Positions 1-9,857 of a DNA stretch of 64,000 bases are shown piece by piece. The stretch lies in assembly GCA_039679675.1 (NCBI GenBank), contig JBDKUN010000033.1, positions 32,001-96,000 of the forward strand. The letters run 5' to 3'. Every line of letters starts with the position of its first letter. Positions within the stretch are counted from its first letter, which is position 1. Position numbers and translations under genes: made by a program. Source of the stretch: Armatimonadota bacterium. Lineage in GTDB: Bacteria; Armatimonadota; UBA5829; DTLH01. Below the pieces are notes generated by a model that was given only the letters and a program-made list of their open reading frames with translations, was not told the DNA's origin and did not search any database.

Positions 1-1172
1 CCGGGACTGCTGCGATTGGTGAGAATCTTCCAATAAAACCTACAGAATTCGACCGGCTGATAGAGGTCTCAAAGGAAAAGAAGATCGATCTTGTTGTAGT
101 CGGCCCGGAGACTCCGCTTATTGCGGGAATAGTAGATGCGTTCAGTGCTACAGGCATACCCGTGTTTGGCCCGACCAGGCTTGGCGCGCAGCTTGAAGGC
201 AGCAAAGTCTTTACAAAAGAGCTTCTCCTTGAGAACAACATCCCTACAGGTGGTTTTGCTGCGTTCGACGATCCTGAAAAGGCAATTGCAGATGTTAAAA
301 AGCATTTCGCAGGTGAGAGTAAGCCGATAGTCATAAAGGCAGACGGTGAAGCCGCTGGAAAAGGCGTGATCATCGCAAATACCGAGGCTGAGGCTCTTGA
401 TGCGGTCGATATGATTATGGTCAAGAAGGCATTCGGGGCGTCAGGCAATAAGATCATCATCGAAGAGTTTCTGGAAGGCCAGGAAGCGTCCATTATGGCT
501 TTTGTAAGCGGCGGCGCAGTTCAGGGTATGCTTCCGGCGCAGGACTACAAGCGGGCGCAGGATAGCGACAAAGGGCCGAACACCGGCGGAATGGGGTGTT
601 ATTCGTGCGTTCCAGCCGTTACTCCTGAGATTTATGATACTGTGATCGAGAAGATAATCCGCCCGACGATCAAAGGGCTTGCCGCGAAGGGGATCGATTA
701 CTGCGGGGTGCTCTACGCCGGTGTAATATTGACCGCTGATGGCCCCAAACTTCTTGAGTACAACTGCCGGTTAGGTGATCCCGAAACAGAGGTCGTGCTG
801 CCGCTTCTTGAGACTGATCTGGTGGACATTATCGAGGCGGCAATCGAGCACCGACTCGACGGAATCGAGATAAAATGGTACAATAAAAAGGCAGTATGCG
901 TGGTTCTGGCCTCAAAAGGTTACCCGGGAAGTTACGATACAGGATTTCCGATCAGCGGCATTGCAAATGCCGAGTCTATCGGGGCGATTGTTTTCCATGC
1001 CGGAACAAAACTTGTCGATGGCCGGGTGGTGACATCCGGCGGTCGGGTGCTCGGCGTCACGGCAACAGGCGGGACGTTTCGGGATGCGGTCGCTGCTGCG
1101 TACGAGGCAGTCGAAAAGATCAGCTTCGAAGGAATGACATATCGCAAGGATATTGGAGCGAGGGTTCTCTAG
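1..1172 (+). CDS. purD: Phosphoribosylamine--glycine ligase (5' truncated by window edge)
   Basis: Frame is open from position 3 (GTAAIG...DLVVVGPETPL); motifs KADGEAAGKGV, QDYKR...GPNTGGMG, EYNCRLGDPE, TSGGRVL. Confidence 0.97.
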   Translation, partial: GTAAIGENLPIKPTEFDRLIEVSKEKKIDLVVVGPETPLIAGIVDAFSATGIPVFGPTRLGAQLEGSKVFTKELLLENNIPTGGFAAFDDPEKAIADVKKHFAGESKPIVIKADGEAAGKGVIIANTEAEALDAVDMIMVKKAFGASGNKIIIEEFLEGQEASIMAFVSGGAVQGMLPAQDYKRAQDSDKGPNTGGMGCYSCVPAVTPEIYDTVIEKIIRPTIKGLAAKGIDYCGVLYAGVILTADGPKLLEYNCRLGDPETEVVLPLLETDLVDIIEAAIEHRLDGIEIKWYNKKAVCVVLASKGYPGSYDTGFPISGIANAESIGAIVFHAGTKLVDGRVVTSGGRVLGVTATGGTFRDAVAAAYEAVEKISFEGMTYRKDIGARVL

Positions 1173-1631
1173 GTGCATAAGGTAGCAGTATTAATGGGCA
1201 GTAAATCGGACATGCAGGTTATGCAGCCTGCAGCGGACGTGCTCATTCAGAAGTTTGGTATTGAGAGCGAAATACATGTAATCTCCGCGCACAGGACACC
1301 TCACAAAGTTGCTGAATTTGCTTCAAATGCTGCCGCTAACGGATTTGATGTGATAATCGCCGGAGCAGGGATGGCAGCTCACCTCGCAGGTGTGCTCGCC
1401 GCGTTTACCCCGCTTCCGGTCATTGGTGTTCCGATCAAAAGTGCATCTTTCGAAGGAATGGACGCACTTTTGTCGATGGTCCAGATGCCGTCCGGCGTGC
1501 CGGTCGCAACGGTTGCTGTAAACGGTGCAAAAAACGCAGGAATTCTGGCTGCGCAGATCATTGGAGTCGGCGACCCAGAGGTTAGGAAGAAAATCGAGGA
1601 TTACAAGCGAACGTTGGCGGAAGCTAAGTAG
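1173..1631 (+). CDS. purE: N5-CAIR mutase / AIR carboxylase
   Basis: MGSKSD, SAHRTP, AGAGMAAHLAG, QMPSGVPVATVA. Confidence 0.97.
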   Translation: MHKVAVLMGSKSDMQVMQPAADVLIQKFGIESEIHVISAHRTPHKVAEFASNAAANGFDVIIAGAGMAAHLAGVLAAFTPLPVIGVPIKSASFEGMDALLSMVQMPSGVPVATVAVNGAKNAGILAAQIIGVGDPEVRKKIEDYKRTLAEAK

Positions 1632-1638
1632 GTGATCC

Positions 1639-3159
1639 ATGCCCGGTCGGTCTCGTTGGCTAGATTATCTTTTTATATTGGTTGTGGCTGGGGCATTGAT
1701 CTATCAGCTATTTGTGCCTCCTATCATTGGCTTGGCCAATAGCGGCGATTTTGAGAGGCTGATGAGGACCATCGGGCTGAGCTACCAGACAGATAATTGC
1801 TACGACAAGTATAATCTATTCGTAAACCGGGAGTTCATGTGGGACAGCAAATTTGATCCAAGCTATCCGACGTCAGAGCTACTCTTCCTAGGTGGAGGAT
1901 CACTGCTCAACGGTGCGGTGTCCAGTGACGATACATTTGACATTCGTGGACTTGGCTTGGTTCATGCTATCACGTTCCTGCTGGTTACAGCGCTACTGGT
2001 TCTGTATGCGAGATCGCTGACTGCTTGGCGGAGGCTGTTGCTGTACGCGCTTGTGGCATTCATTTTTACTGATATTGGGTACGTTGCGTATTTTAACTCG
2101 CTCTATTCGGAGCCGTCGTCGCTTATATTTTTCTGTGCTGCCGTTGTATTCGCGCTGGCTGGAATAGCGAAAGGGCAGTCGAACGACCGTGGCTGGCTTT
2201 TCATAATAGGCTACTTTGCGGCCTCTGCACTGTTCGTGACGGCGAAGTTCCAGAATGCGTTTCTTGGGTTTCCGATGGCGTTCTTTGGCTGGCGGCTCTA
2301 CGGGATGGTTACTCCAGCAAGCAAAAGGCTTATGCCGCGGTTTCGATGGCTTGGTGTCGGGCTTGTAATTCTGCTCACGCTTGCTTCGGCCGGGTTCTAT
2401 GGGCTTTACACAGAGCTTTCTGCTCACGCCAGGCCCGCAAATCTATATGATACCGTGTTTGAGGAGATTCTGGGACACTCGAAGACTCCTGAAGCAGACG
2501 CGGCAGCTTTGGGATTGCCCGTGTCGCTTGCCAAGTATGCTGGTACATCAGCTTACTCGACGGATGTCCCTGCGGAAGTGAAATCGGAGATTGTTTCCAG
2601 AGTGGGTTACACTAACGTAATAAAGTTTTATTTAACCCATCCTGGGCGGCTGTGGAACTTGGCTGGGCGCAGCGCAGCGAGTTCACTTTCCATGCGCCCG
2701 AGCTATTTGGGGAATTTGGAACCATCGGCTGTTGACCAAGATAAGCTGGCAGGTCAGCAGATAAATCCGTCGGCCCTGCCGGATGATTTTCGAAGCCGCA
2801 AGTTCTCCGCATGGAGTACGATTAAGAAAAACTGTGTTCCGAAGACGCTGTGGTTCCTTGGCTTGTTCCTTGGCGTGAATGTTGCGACTGTTGTTCTAAA
2901 ATGGAGATATTTCGATAAGATGGTAAAGGATTATAAGATCAGTGAGTTGCACGCTGTGCTGATTCTGATGGCGGTGTTGCAGTTCTTCATCGTTATAATC
3001 GGTGAAGGTGAGCACGAAATAGTGAAGCATCTTTTCCTCTTTAACCTGTTGAGCGAGATATGCTTTATCTTTCTCATAATGTATATGGTGAGCGGCGTCG
3101 CCTATCTGTGGCAGCGAAAGACGATGCGCCCACGGCAATTGGTGATTCAGAATGATTGA
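1639..3159 (+). CDS. Multi-pass membrane protein, probable GT-C fold glycosyltransferase (WsfD-like)
   Basis: About 10-12 hydrophobic segments; first external loop PPIIGLANSGDFER and YFNSLYSEP resemble WsfD-type hexose transferases (recalled, not searched). Confidence 0.6.
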   Translation: MPGRSRWLDYLFILVVAGALIYQLFVPPIIGLANSGDFERLMRTIGLSYQTDNCYDKYNLFVNREFMWDSKFDPSYPTSELLFLGGGSLLNGAVSSDDTFDIRGLGLVHAITFLLVTALLVLYARSLTAWRRLLLYALVAFIFTDIGYVAYFNSLYSEPSSLIFFCAAVVFALAGIAKGQSNDRGWLFIIGYFAASALFVTAKFQNAFLGFPMAFFGWRLYGMVTPASKRLMPRFRWLGVGLVILLTLASAGFYGLYTELSAHARPANLYDTVFEEILGHSKTPEADAAALGLPVSLAKYAGTSAYSTDVPAEVKSEIVSRVGYTNVIKFYLTHPGRLWNLAGRSAASSLSMRPSYLGNLEPSAVDQDKLAGQQINPSALPDDFRSRKFSAWSTIKKNCVPKTLWFLGLFLGVNVATVVLKWRYFDKMVKDYKISELHAVLILMAVLQFFIVIIGEGEHEIVKHLFLFNLLSEICFIFLIMYMVSGVAYLWQRKTMRPRQLVIQND

Positions 3160-4444
3160 TAGATATTCTCTCCCGAAAATGAGAGCCGTCTGGAGCGAGG
3201 AGAACAAGTTCCGGACATGGCTCGATGTCGAAATAGCCGTATGTGAGGCACAAGAGCACTTCGGCAATATCCCCAAAGGGACTTCCGAGAAGGTGAAAGC
3301 CGGTGCGAAGTTCTCCGTAGAACGGATCGAGAAAATTGAGCAGGAAACGCATCATGACCTGATAGCGTTCGTCAAAGCCGTCACGGAAAACCTCGGAGAC
3401 GAAGGAAAATATGTCCACTATGGAGTGACAAGTTACGATATAGAGGACACGGCGATGGCTATAAGGATACGGCAGTCAGCCGACCTGATTTTGGAAGACC
3501 TCGAAGCCCTTAAGACAGTCATCGGCAAGCTCGCGAGAGAGCATAAGTCGACAGTGATGATCGGAAGGACGCATGGAGTCCACGCCGAGCCGATCACTTT
3601 CGGTTTTAAGATGGCTGTATGGTATTCCCAGATAATGCGCGACATCGAGCGGGTCAAAGCAGCGAGAGAAGCGATCAGCTACGGCAAAATTTCCGGCGCA
3701 GTAGGGATATTCGGGAATATCGACCCCAAGATCGAAGCATTTGTATGTGAGAGGTTGGGGCTCAAGGTAGCGCCCGTATCTACGCAGATCATCCAGCGCG
3801 ACAGGCATGCGCAGTTTATGACAGCACTTGGGATAGCTGCATCATCCGCAGAGAACTTCGCAACCGAGATGAGGAACCTCCAGCGGACTGAGATACTCGA
3901 AGTCCAGGAAATGTTCCTTCCGGGACAGCGTGGATCGTCCGCAATGCCGCACAAGAGGAACCCATGGCGGTTCGAGACGATTGTCGGGCTTGCTAGAGTA
4001 GTCCGCACGAACGTCATCCCAGCTATGGAGAACGTAACCTCCTGGCATGAGCGCGATAACACCAACTCAGCCTGCGAGCGGATTATTATCCCTGATAGCT
4101 GCCAGGCAACAGATTTTCTCCTTCAGTCCCTCACCAAGCTGATGACCCGGCTTGAGATCAACACTGAAAATATGCAGAAGAACCTCACGAAGATGGGCCA
4201 GCTTGTTTTCTCCGAGCACGTGCTCCTTGCTCTTGTAAAGAAGGGCATGACGAGGGAAGAAGGCTACAAGGTCTGCCAGAGAAACGCCGCAAAGTGCTGG
4301 GACGAAGGAGTATCTTTCAGGCAGGCGCTTGAGAAGGACGAAGACGTAAAGCGGCTGCTTTCAGACGAAGAACTCGCAAAGTGCTTCGACCTGGAGCACC
4401 ACCTGCGAAACGTCGAGACGATTTTGGAGAGATTAGGGATTTAG
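3152..4444 (+). CDS. purB: Adenylosuccinate lyase
   Basis: MIDRYS start, GRTHGVHAEP, GSSAMPHKRNP signature. Confidence 0.97.
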   Translation: MIDRYSLPKMRAVWSEENKFRTWLDVEIAVCEAQEHFGNIPKGTSEKVKAGAKFSVERIEKIEQETHHDLIAFVKAVTENLGDEGKYVHYGVTSYDIEDTAMAIRIRQSADLILEDLEALKTVIGKLAREHKSTVMIGRTHGVHAEPITFGFKMAVWYSQIMRDIERVKAAREAISYGKISGAVGIFGNIDPKIEAFVCERLGLKVAPVSTQIIQRDRHAQFMTALGIAASSAENFATEMRNLQRTEILEVQEMFLPGQRGSSAMPHKRNPWRFETIVGLARVVRTNVIPAMENVTSWHERDNTNSACERIIIPDSCQATDFLLQSLTKLMTRLEINTENMQKNLTKMGQLVFSEHVLLALVKKGMTREEGYKVCQRNAAKCWDEGVSFRQALEKDEDVKRLLSDEELAKCFDLEHHLRNVETILERLGI

Positions 4445-4475
4445 CTTTTAATCACGAAAGCACGAAATAAGAAAT

Positions 4476-4501
4476 GTAGTGGCCGGTCTCCGTGCCGGCC
4501 A
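4476..4501 (+). repeat. GTAG-type REP-like palindrome
   Basis: GTAG followed by TGGCCGG-tctccgtg-CCGGCCA. Confidence 0.45.
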
Positions 4502-4529
4502 TCGACCTCGTAGAGGTCGGACATGAAAA

Positions 4530-4562
4530 TAGCTATCAGCAATCAGCCGTCAGCTATCAGTA
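4530..4562 (+). repeat. Heptamer-periodic (GCTATCA-like) tandem repeat; related inverted copy at ~9799-9832
   Basis: tagctatcagcaatcagccgtcagctatcagta versus ctactgacggctgaaagctaatagctgacagcta. Confidence 0.6.
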
Positions 4563-4590
4563 AATATGTCACTCTGAGTAACCAATACGA

Positions 4591-4653
4591 CACCCTGAAC
4601 TTGATTCAGGGTCCATTCTTTTCCTGGATTCCGAGTCAAGCTCGGAATGACGT
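4591..4653 (+). repeat. Double-hairpin repeat family 1, copy A
   Basis: ACCCTGAA-CTTGA-TTCAGGGT...ATTCCGAG-TCAAG-CTCGGAAT-GACGT; near-identical copies at 9705, 38029, 44106 and a half copy at 54054. Confidence 0.9.
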
Positions 4654-4718
4654 GGTGAATTAGTGGAGACTTGTGCTGTTTGCTTTTTAGTAATGGTGCT
4701 TCAAATTGATATGTTTTG

Positions 4719-4835
4719 TTGCATCGGACTGCTTGCTGCCGATGCGGGCCGGTAGGCCCGAAAAACAATGAGACGGCATATGTTGTTTCTCGACACCTGC
4801 GGTGTCGGCTTCGGTAGCAAGCGAACCGAAGCAAA
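4719..4835. repeat. Two inverted copies of repeat family 3 (4719-4761 +, 4789-4835 -)
   Basis: Reverse complement of 4789-4835 matches 40834-40880 (tttgcttcgg..cgcttgct.ccgaagccgac.ccg.aggtgtcgag). Confidence 0.75.
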
Positions 4836-4854
4836 TTAAACGCGAAATAGGAAT

Positions 4855-4899
4855 TAGTGGAGACTCATGCTTCGGGACGAAAAGCGGTTCCGAAGCATA
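4855..4899 (-). repeat. TA-bounded 44-45 bp hairpin repeat family 2
   Basis: TAgtggagactcatgcttcgggacgaaaagcggttccgaagcaTA; copies at 9636, 54087, 57025. Confidence 0.85.
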
Positions 4900-4933
4900 A
4901 TGATAGTGCAAGAAAAACAAAGCGAGGAGCCGA

Positions 4934-5176
4934 ATGGCAAAGGTAAAAGTCTACGTAACGTTAAAGCCGACCCTTCTGGATGCACAGGGCCGCGTGGTTA
5001 TGACCGCGCTTGAGAACCTGGGGCATACAAACATCGAAAACGTGAGGATTGGCAAGTATATCGAGGTCGAGGTTGCCGATAACGGCCGGAATATCAACGA
5101 GCAGATGGATGAAATCTGCCGTAATCTGCTCTCCAACCCGGTTATCGAGAACTACCGCTATGAGGTGACGGAGTGA
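4934..5176 (+). CDS. purS: FGAM synthase subunit PurS
   Basis: [34 protein letters not shown]. Confidence 0.96.
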   Translation: MAKVKVYVTLKPTLLDAQGRVVMTALENLGHTNIENVRIGKYIEVEVADNGRNINEQMDEICRNLLSNPVIENYRYEVTE

Positions 5177-5862
5177 AATTCGGTGTAGTAGTCTTCCCAG
5201 GCTCGAACTGCGACCAGGATGCATACTACGCCGTCCGCGACGTCCTGAAGCAGCCTGTGGAGTATATATGGCATCAGGATAAAGACCTGAAAGGCTCCGA
5301 TTGTATCATCCTGCCGGGCGGGTTCTCTTATGGTGACTACCTTAGAACAGGCGCTGTAGCCCGGTTTTCCCCGGTCATGGAAGCTGTGCAGGAGCATGCG
5401 GCAAAGGGCGGCTATATCATCGGGATATGTAACGGCTTCCAGATCCTCTGCGAGGCACATCTTCTTCCGGGCGCGCTTGTATCGAACACTGGACTCAAGT
5501 TCATATGCAAGTATGTTAATCTTCAACCCGAAAACTTGAACACTCCGTGGACGAATAAATGCAATGAAGGCCAGGCGCTCCGTATCCCAATCGCCCACCA
5601 GGGCGGCAACTACACCTGCGACCCAGAGACTCTTCAGCGAATAGAAGACAATGGGCAGGTTATCCTCCGCTATTGCGATGAGCGAGGAGTCGTATCACCT
5701 GAAGTGAACCCGAACGGTTCGTTGAACAATATCGCAGGGATAACCAACGAACAGGGTAACGTCGCTGGGATGATGCCGCATCCTGAGAGAGCGGTCGAGA
5801 AGATTCTCGGTAGCGACGACGGTTTAGCAATTTTAAGATCTGTTATTGAGTGGGCTGGATAA
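5173..5862 (+). CDS. purQ: FGAM synthase glutaminase subunit
   Basis: [32 protein letters not shown]. Confidence 0.97.
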   Translation: MKFGVVVFPGSNCDQDAYYAVRDVLKQPVEYIWHQDKDLKGSDCIILPGGFSYGDYLRTGAVARFSPVMEAVQEHAAKGGYIIGICNGFQILCEAHLLPGALVSNTGLKFICKYVNLQPENLNTPWTNKCNEGQALRIPIAHQGGNYTCDPETLQRIEDNGQVILRYCDERGVVSPEVNPNGSLNNIAGITNEQGNVAGMMPHPERAVEKILGSDDGLAILRSVIEWAG

Positions 5863-8159
5863 TGATAAAAGAACCAGGAAGCAAAGTAGTCGATAAGAAC
5901 ACACTACCCATACCTGCGGAAGTCTACCGCGAGATGGGGTTATCTGATGAGGAATACAAAAAGGTCGTAGGTGTCCTCGGCAGGCATCCTACATACACCG
6001 AGGTCGGGATGTATGCCGTTATGTGGAGCGAACACTGCGGCTATAAGTACTCTCGGCCGGTGCTCCGGCTGTTCAAGAAGTACAAAGAGGCGCTGGACGG
6101 CGAAGGGCTCGAAAATGCCGGTGTAATCGACATCGGCGACGGGCTCGGCATTGTCATGAAGATGGAAACTCACAACCATCCATCCGCTGTGGAGCCGTTC
6201 CAGGGCGCAGCGACCGGGGTAGGGGGCATTTTAAGAGACATCTTCACGATGGGCGCCCGTCCAATCGCATGCCTCAATTCTCTCAGGTTCGGCTCGCTCG
6301 ATGATCCTCATAACAAATACCTTTTTGAGAATGTCGTGGCAGGCATCGCTCATTACGGCAACTGCGTAGGCGTTCCGACTATTGGCGGTGAGGTTGTTTT
6401 TGATGAGTGTTACTCCGGCAACTGCCTCGTAAACGCGATGTCCGCCGGAATCATCAAAACGGATGAAATCGCCTCGGCCTGCGCGAAGGGAGTCGGAAAC
6501 GCTGTTCTGTATGTTGGTTCCAGGACAGGATGCGACGGTATCCACGGCGCGACATTTGCCTCAGTCGAACTTGGGCCTGATTCGGAGTCAAGAAGACCGA
6601 ATGTACAGATCGGCGACCCGTTCCAGGAGAAATTGCTTATCGAAGCGACTCTTGAAGCCCTGAAGACCGGCTGCATAGTCGGAATCCAGGATATGGGAGC
6701 TGCCGGTATCACCTGCGGATCGTGCGAGACAGCTGCAAAGGGCCGGTCAGGGATGGAAATAGACGTCCTCAAGGTCCCGCGCCGTCAGGAAGGGATGACA
6801 CCTTACGAAGTCATGCTTTCAGAGTCGCAGGAGAGGATGCTCGCGATAGTCGAAAAAGGCAAAGAGGACGAAGTCGCGTCTGTATTCAAGAAATGGGGGC
6901 TGAGCGCGGTAGTCATAGGTCATGTCATAGACAGCGATTTAGTGCGAGTCTTCGAAGGCGATCAGTTAGTGGCCGAAATCCCCGCAAAATCCCTTGCGGA
7001 TGATGCGCCGACTTATTATCTTGAAACAGAAGAGCCTGATTATCTGGCTGAAGTCCGAGAGTTTGATCTGTCGAAGATACCTGAGCCTAAAGACTATAAC
7101 GAAGCGCTCGAAAAACTGCTCGCATCGCCTTCTATTTCAAGTAAAGAGTGGGTCTACAGGCAGTATGACCACATGGTCCAGACAAATACGGCCGTTATGC
7201 CGGGATCGGATGCCGCCGCGCTCCGAATAAGAGGCACGAAGAAGGCTATCGCGCTTGTCGCGGACTGTAATGGCCGGTATTGCTACCTCGATCCGTTCGT
7301 GGGTGCTCAGATAGCCGTCGCAGAAGCCGCAAGGAACCTTGCTTGTACCGGTGCGAAGGCTTTGGGTGTTACGGACTGTGTGAGCTTCGGCAATCCTGAA
7401 AAGCCGCAGGTGTTCTGGCAGTTCAAGAGAGCAATTGAGGGTATGGCCGAGGCCTGCGAAGCATTTGGAACCCCTGTCGTGAGCGGAAACGTGAGTTTCT
7501 ACAACGAGACGCCGGTAAGTGCGATCTACCCGACACCTGTAGTCGGTATGCTTGGGCTGATCGAAGACGCTGAAAAGCACTGCACAAGTGAATTCAAGCA
7601 TGAAGGTGATGTCATAGCACTCCTTTCGGGGAAGAGAGCTGCATCGGATAATGATTCCGATGCGGCAGTATGCGCTGCGAACGATCTCGGCGGAACTGAG
7701 TATCTTAAAGTAATGCACAACGTTGTAGCAGGAACTCCCCCGGCCATCAATATGGACGCAGAGAAACGGCTTCATGCTGCTCTCATAGAGGTAATACAGG
7801 AAGGCTATGTTTCTTCGGCGCATGACTGCTCGGACGGCGGGCTTGCTTTAGCTGTCGCAGAATCGGCAATTGCAGGTAATCTAGGTGCAGAGATCAGCGT
7901 GACCTCTGATTGCGGAGCGGCTGTCGCACTCTTTGGAGAAGCTCAGTCGCGGGTCGTCGTTTCCCTCTCGCCGGATATGCTTGGTGAGATGCGGGAGATA
8001 GTCGACAAGCATAACGTAGAGTGCACGATACTTGGAAAAGTCCACGGAAACAGGCTGAAGGTCGCCGTGAATGGTGTGAATGTGATCGACAGGCCTGTCG
8101 AGCGAGTTGCAAAAATCTGGAAGAACGCAATTCCTGATAGAATGGAAGGCCGGGATTGA
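5862..8159 (+). CDS. purL: FGAM synthase subunit PurL (small type)
   Basis: MWSEHCGYK, HNHPSAVEP, DMGAAG, LSESQERM, HDCSDGG; start at the TAATG overlap with purQ. Confidence 0.97.
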   Translation: MIKEPGSKVVDKNTLPIPAEVYREMGLSDEEYKKVVGVLGRHPTYTEVGMYAVMWSEHCGYKYSRPVLRLFKKYKEALDGEGLENAGVIDIGDGLGIVMKMETHNHPSAVEPFQGAATGVGGILRDIFTMGARPIACLNSLRFGSLDDPHNKYLFENVVAGIAHYGNCVGVPTIGGEVVFDECYSGNCLVNAMSAGIIKTDEIASACAKGVGNAVLYVGSRTGCDGIHGATFASVELGPDSESRRPNVQIGDPFQEKLLIEATLEALKTGCIVGIQDMGAAGITCGSCETAAKGRSGMEIDVLKVPRRQEGMTPYEVMLSESQERMLAIVEKGKEDEVASVFKKWGLSAVVIGHVIDSDLVRVFEGDQLVAEIPAKSLADDAPTYYLETEEPDYLAEVREFDLSKIPEPKDYNEALEKLLASPSISSKEWVYRQYDHMVQTNTAVMPGSDAAALRIRGTKKAIALVADCNGRYCYLDPFVGAQIAVAEAARNLACTGAKALGVTDCVSFGNPEKPQVFWQFKRAIEGMAEACEAFGTPVVSGNVSFYNETPVSAIYPTPVVGMLGLIEDAEKHCTSEFKHEGDVIALLSGKRAASDNDSDAAVCAANDLGGTEYLKVMHNVVAGTPPAINMDAEKRLHAALIEVIQEGYVSSAHDCSDGGLALAVAESAIAGNLGAEISVTSDCGAAVALFGEAQSRVVVSLSPDMLGEMREIVDKHNVECTILGKVHGNRLKVAVNGVNVIDRPVERVAKIWKNAIPDRMEGRD

Positions 8160-9607
8160 ACTTAGCAGTACCAGAGATCAAAGAAGAGTGCGGCGTAACC
8201 GGGATATTCGCGCCTGGTGAGGAGGCTGGTAGGTTAGCTTTCTTCAGCCTCTTTGCACTCCAGCATAGAGGCCAAGAGAGCGCCGGTATAGCTGTTGCTG
8301 ACGGCAGCAAAATCACCGTCCATAAGGATATGGGGCTTGTCACTCAGGTCTTTACTGAGGATGTGCTCTCAAAACTCGGCGGCGGGATTGCCATAGGCCA
8401 CACCAGGTATTCAACAACGGGATCGAGTATTTTGCGAAATGTGCAGCCCATTGAATGTACCCGGAAGAACAATGAGTGCTTCGCGCTCGCTCACAACGGA
8501 GATCTCGTCAATGCCGCGGAAGTGCGCGCAGAGATGGAAGCAGAAGGTGTCGAGTTTGAAACGACGAATGACACTGAAGTAATAGCAAAAATTATCGCTA
8601 ACAGCTCCGCGGAGACTATCGAAGAAGCTATAACTGAGGCGATGCAGCGGATCAAAGGCGCGTATGCGGTCGTAATCCTGACAAAAGACAAGTTGATCGC
8701 GATTAGAGATGCCTTTGGAATACGCCCGCTTTGTATAGGCAAGATCAACGGCGAGCACTACATTGTCGCTTCGGAAACATGTGCCTTAAACGTCATCGGC
8801 GCGAGCTTTACACGCGCCGTCGAACCCGGCGAGATGATCGTGATTGACGAGAGCGGCGTAAAAGAGATTCAGGCGATACCGATGGAAAGGCATGCGCTCT
8901 GTATATTTGAGTTCATCTACTTCGCCAGACCGGACAGTATGATGTACGGAAGGACGCTTCACGAGGCGAGGAGGAGGATGGGACATGAGCTCGCGAGAGA
9001 GCATCCCGTCCCGAATGCACACATCGTTTTCCCGATACCGGACACCGGCACACCGGCGGCCATCGGGTTTGCGGAAGCATCCAGGATCCCGTATGCAGAG
9101 GGAGTCATCAAAAACCGCTATATCCACCGGACTTTCATCCAGCCGAACCAGAGGATGCGTGACCTTGGTGTCAGGATGAAGCTGACGCCATTAAAAGAAA
9201 GCCTTGCAGGGCGAAGAGTCGTTATGGTAGAGGACAGTATCGTGCGTGGCACAACGACCGGGCAGACGGTAAAGATGATCCGGGATGCGGGAGCAGTTGA
9301 GGTCCATGTAAGGATTGCAGCGCCGCCCTATAAGTGGCCTTGTTTCTACGGTATCGACACGGCTTCCCAGAATGAACTTATCGCTGCGAAGCTGTCGGTA
9401 GAAGAGATCAGGGACTACATAGGCGCAGACAGTTTGGGCTATTTGAGCATACAGGGGCTGACGAGGGCTATCGGTGTCAAAAAAGAGAATTTTTGCCGGG
9501 CGTGCCTGGATGGAAAATACCCGATTCCGATCCCAGATGCCGCAAAGCTCCAAAAGTTTATCTTCGAGGACAAAAAGTCGGGCGATAAAGCTAAGAAAGA
9601 TATCTAG
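8156..9607 (+). CDS. purF: Amidophosphoribosyltransferase (Fe-S type with propeptide)
   Basis: EECG processing site, QHRGQESAG, GHTRYST, VEDSIVRGTT, PCFYGID, FCRAC. Confidence 0.97.
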   Translation: MNLAVPEIKEECGVTGIFAPGEEAGRLAFFSLFALQHRGQESAGIAVADGSKITVHKDMGLVTQVFTEDVLSKLGGGIAIGHTRYSTTGSSILRNVQPIECTRKNNECFALAHNGDLVNAAEVRAEMEAEGVEFETTNDTEVIAKIIANSSAETIEEAITEAMQRIKGAYAVVILTKDKLIAIRDAFGIRPLCIGKINGEHYIVASETCALNVIGASFTRAVEPGEMIVIDESGVKEIQAIPMERHALCIFEFIYFARPDSMMYGRTLHEARRRMGHELAREHPVPNAHIVFPIPDTGTPAAIGFAEASRIPYAEGVIKNRYIHRTFIQPNQRMRDLGVRMKLTPLKESLAGRRVVMVEDSIVRGTTTGQTVKMIRDAGAVEVHVRIAAPPYKWPCFYGIDTASQNELIAAKLSVEEIRDYIGADSLGYLSIQGLTRAIGVKKENFCRACLDGKYPIPIPDAAKLQKFIFEDKKSGDKAKKDI

Positions 9608-9635
9608 TTGTTTTTTTATCATGTTAACTAAGCAC

Positions 9636-9679
9636 TAGTGGATGTCGTGCTTCGGGACGAACTGCGGTCCCGAAGCATA
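9636..9679 (-). repeat. Repeat family 2 copy
   Basis: TAgtggatgtcgtgcttcgggacgaactgcggtcccgaagcaTA. Confidence 0.85.
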
Positions 9680-9704
9680 GGGTATGTCATGTTGGACTAC
9701 CACA

Positions 9705-9771
9705 ACGTCATGCTGAGCTTGACTCAGCATCCAGGAAAAGAATGGACCCTGAATCAAGTTCAGGGTGACGT
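9705..9771 (-). repeat. Double-hairpin repeat family 1, copy B (inverted)
   Basis: acgtcatgctgagcttgactcagcatccagg...gaccctgaatcaagttcagggtgacgt. Confidence 0.9.
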
Positions 9772-9857
9772 CGTTGTTGTTCAGAGTTACATTTTTCTCT
9801 ACTGACGGCTGAAAGCTAATAGCTGACAGCTATAAACCCTCGACTGAGGAGGTCATA

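Noticed and set aside
4550..4920. ORFs 4550-4834 and 4687-4920 (-)
   Set aside because: They lie entirely within the repeat mosaic and show no protein motifs.
7137..7823. 228-aa antisense ORF
   Set aside because: Shadow of purL with no recognisable motif.
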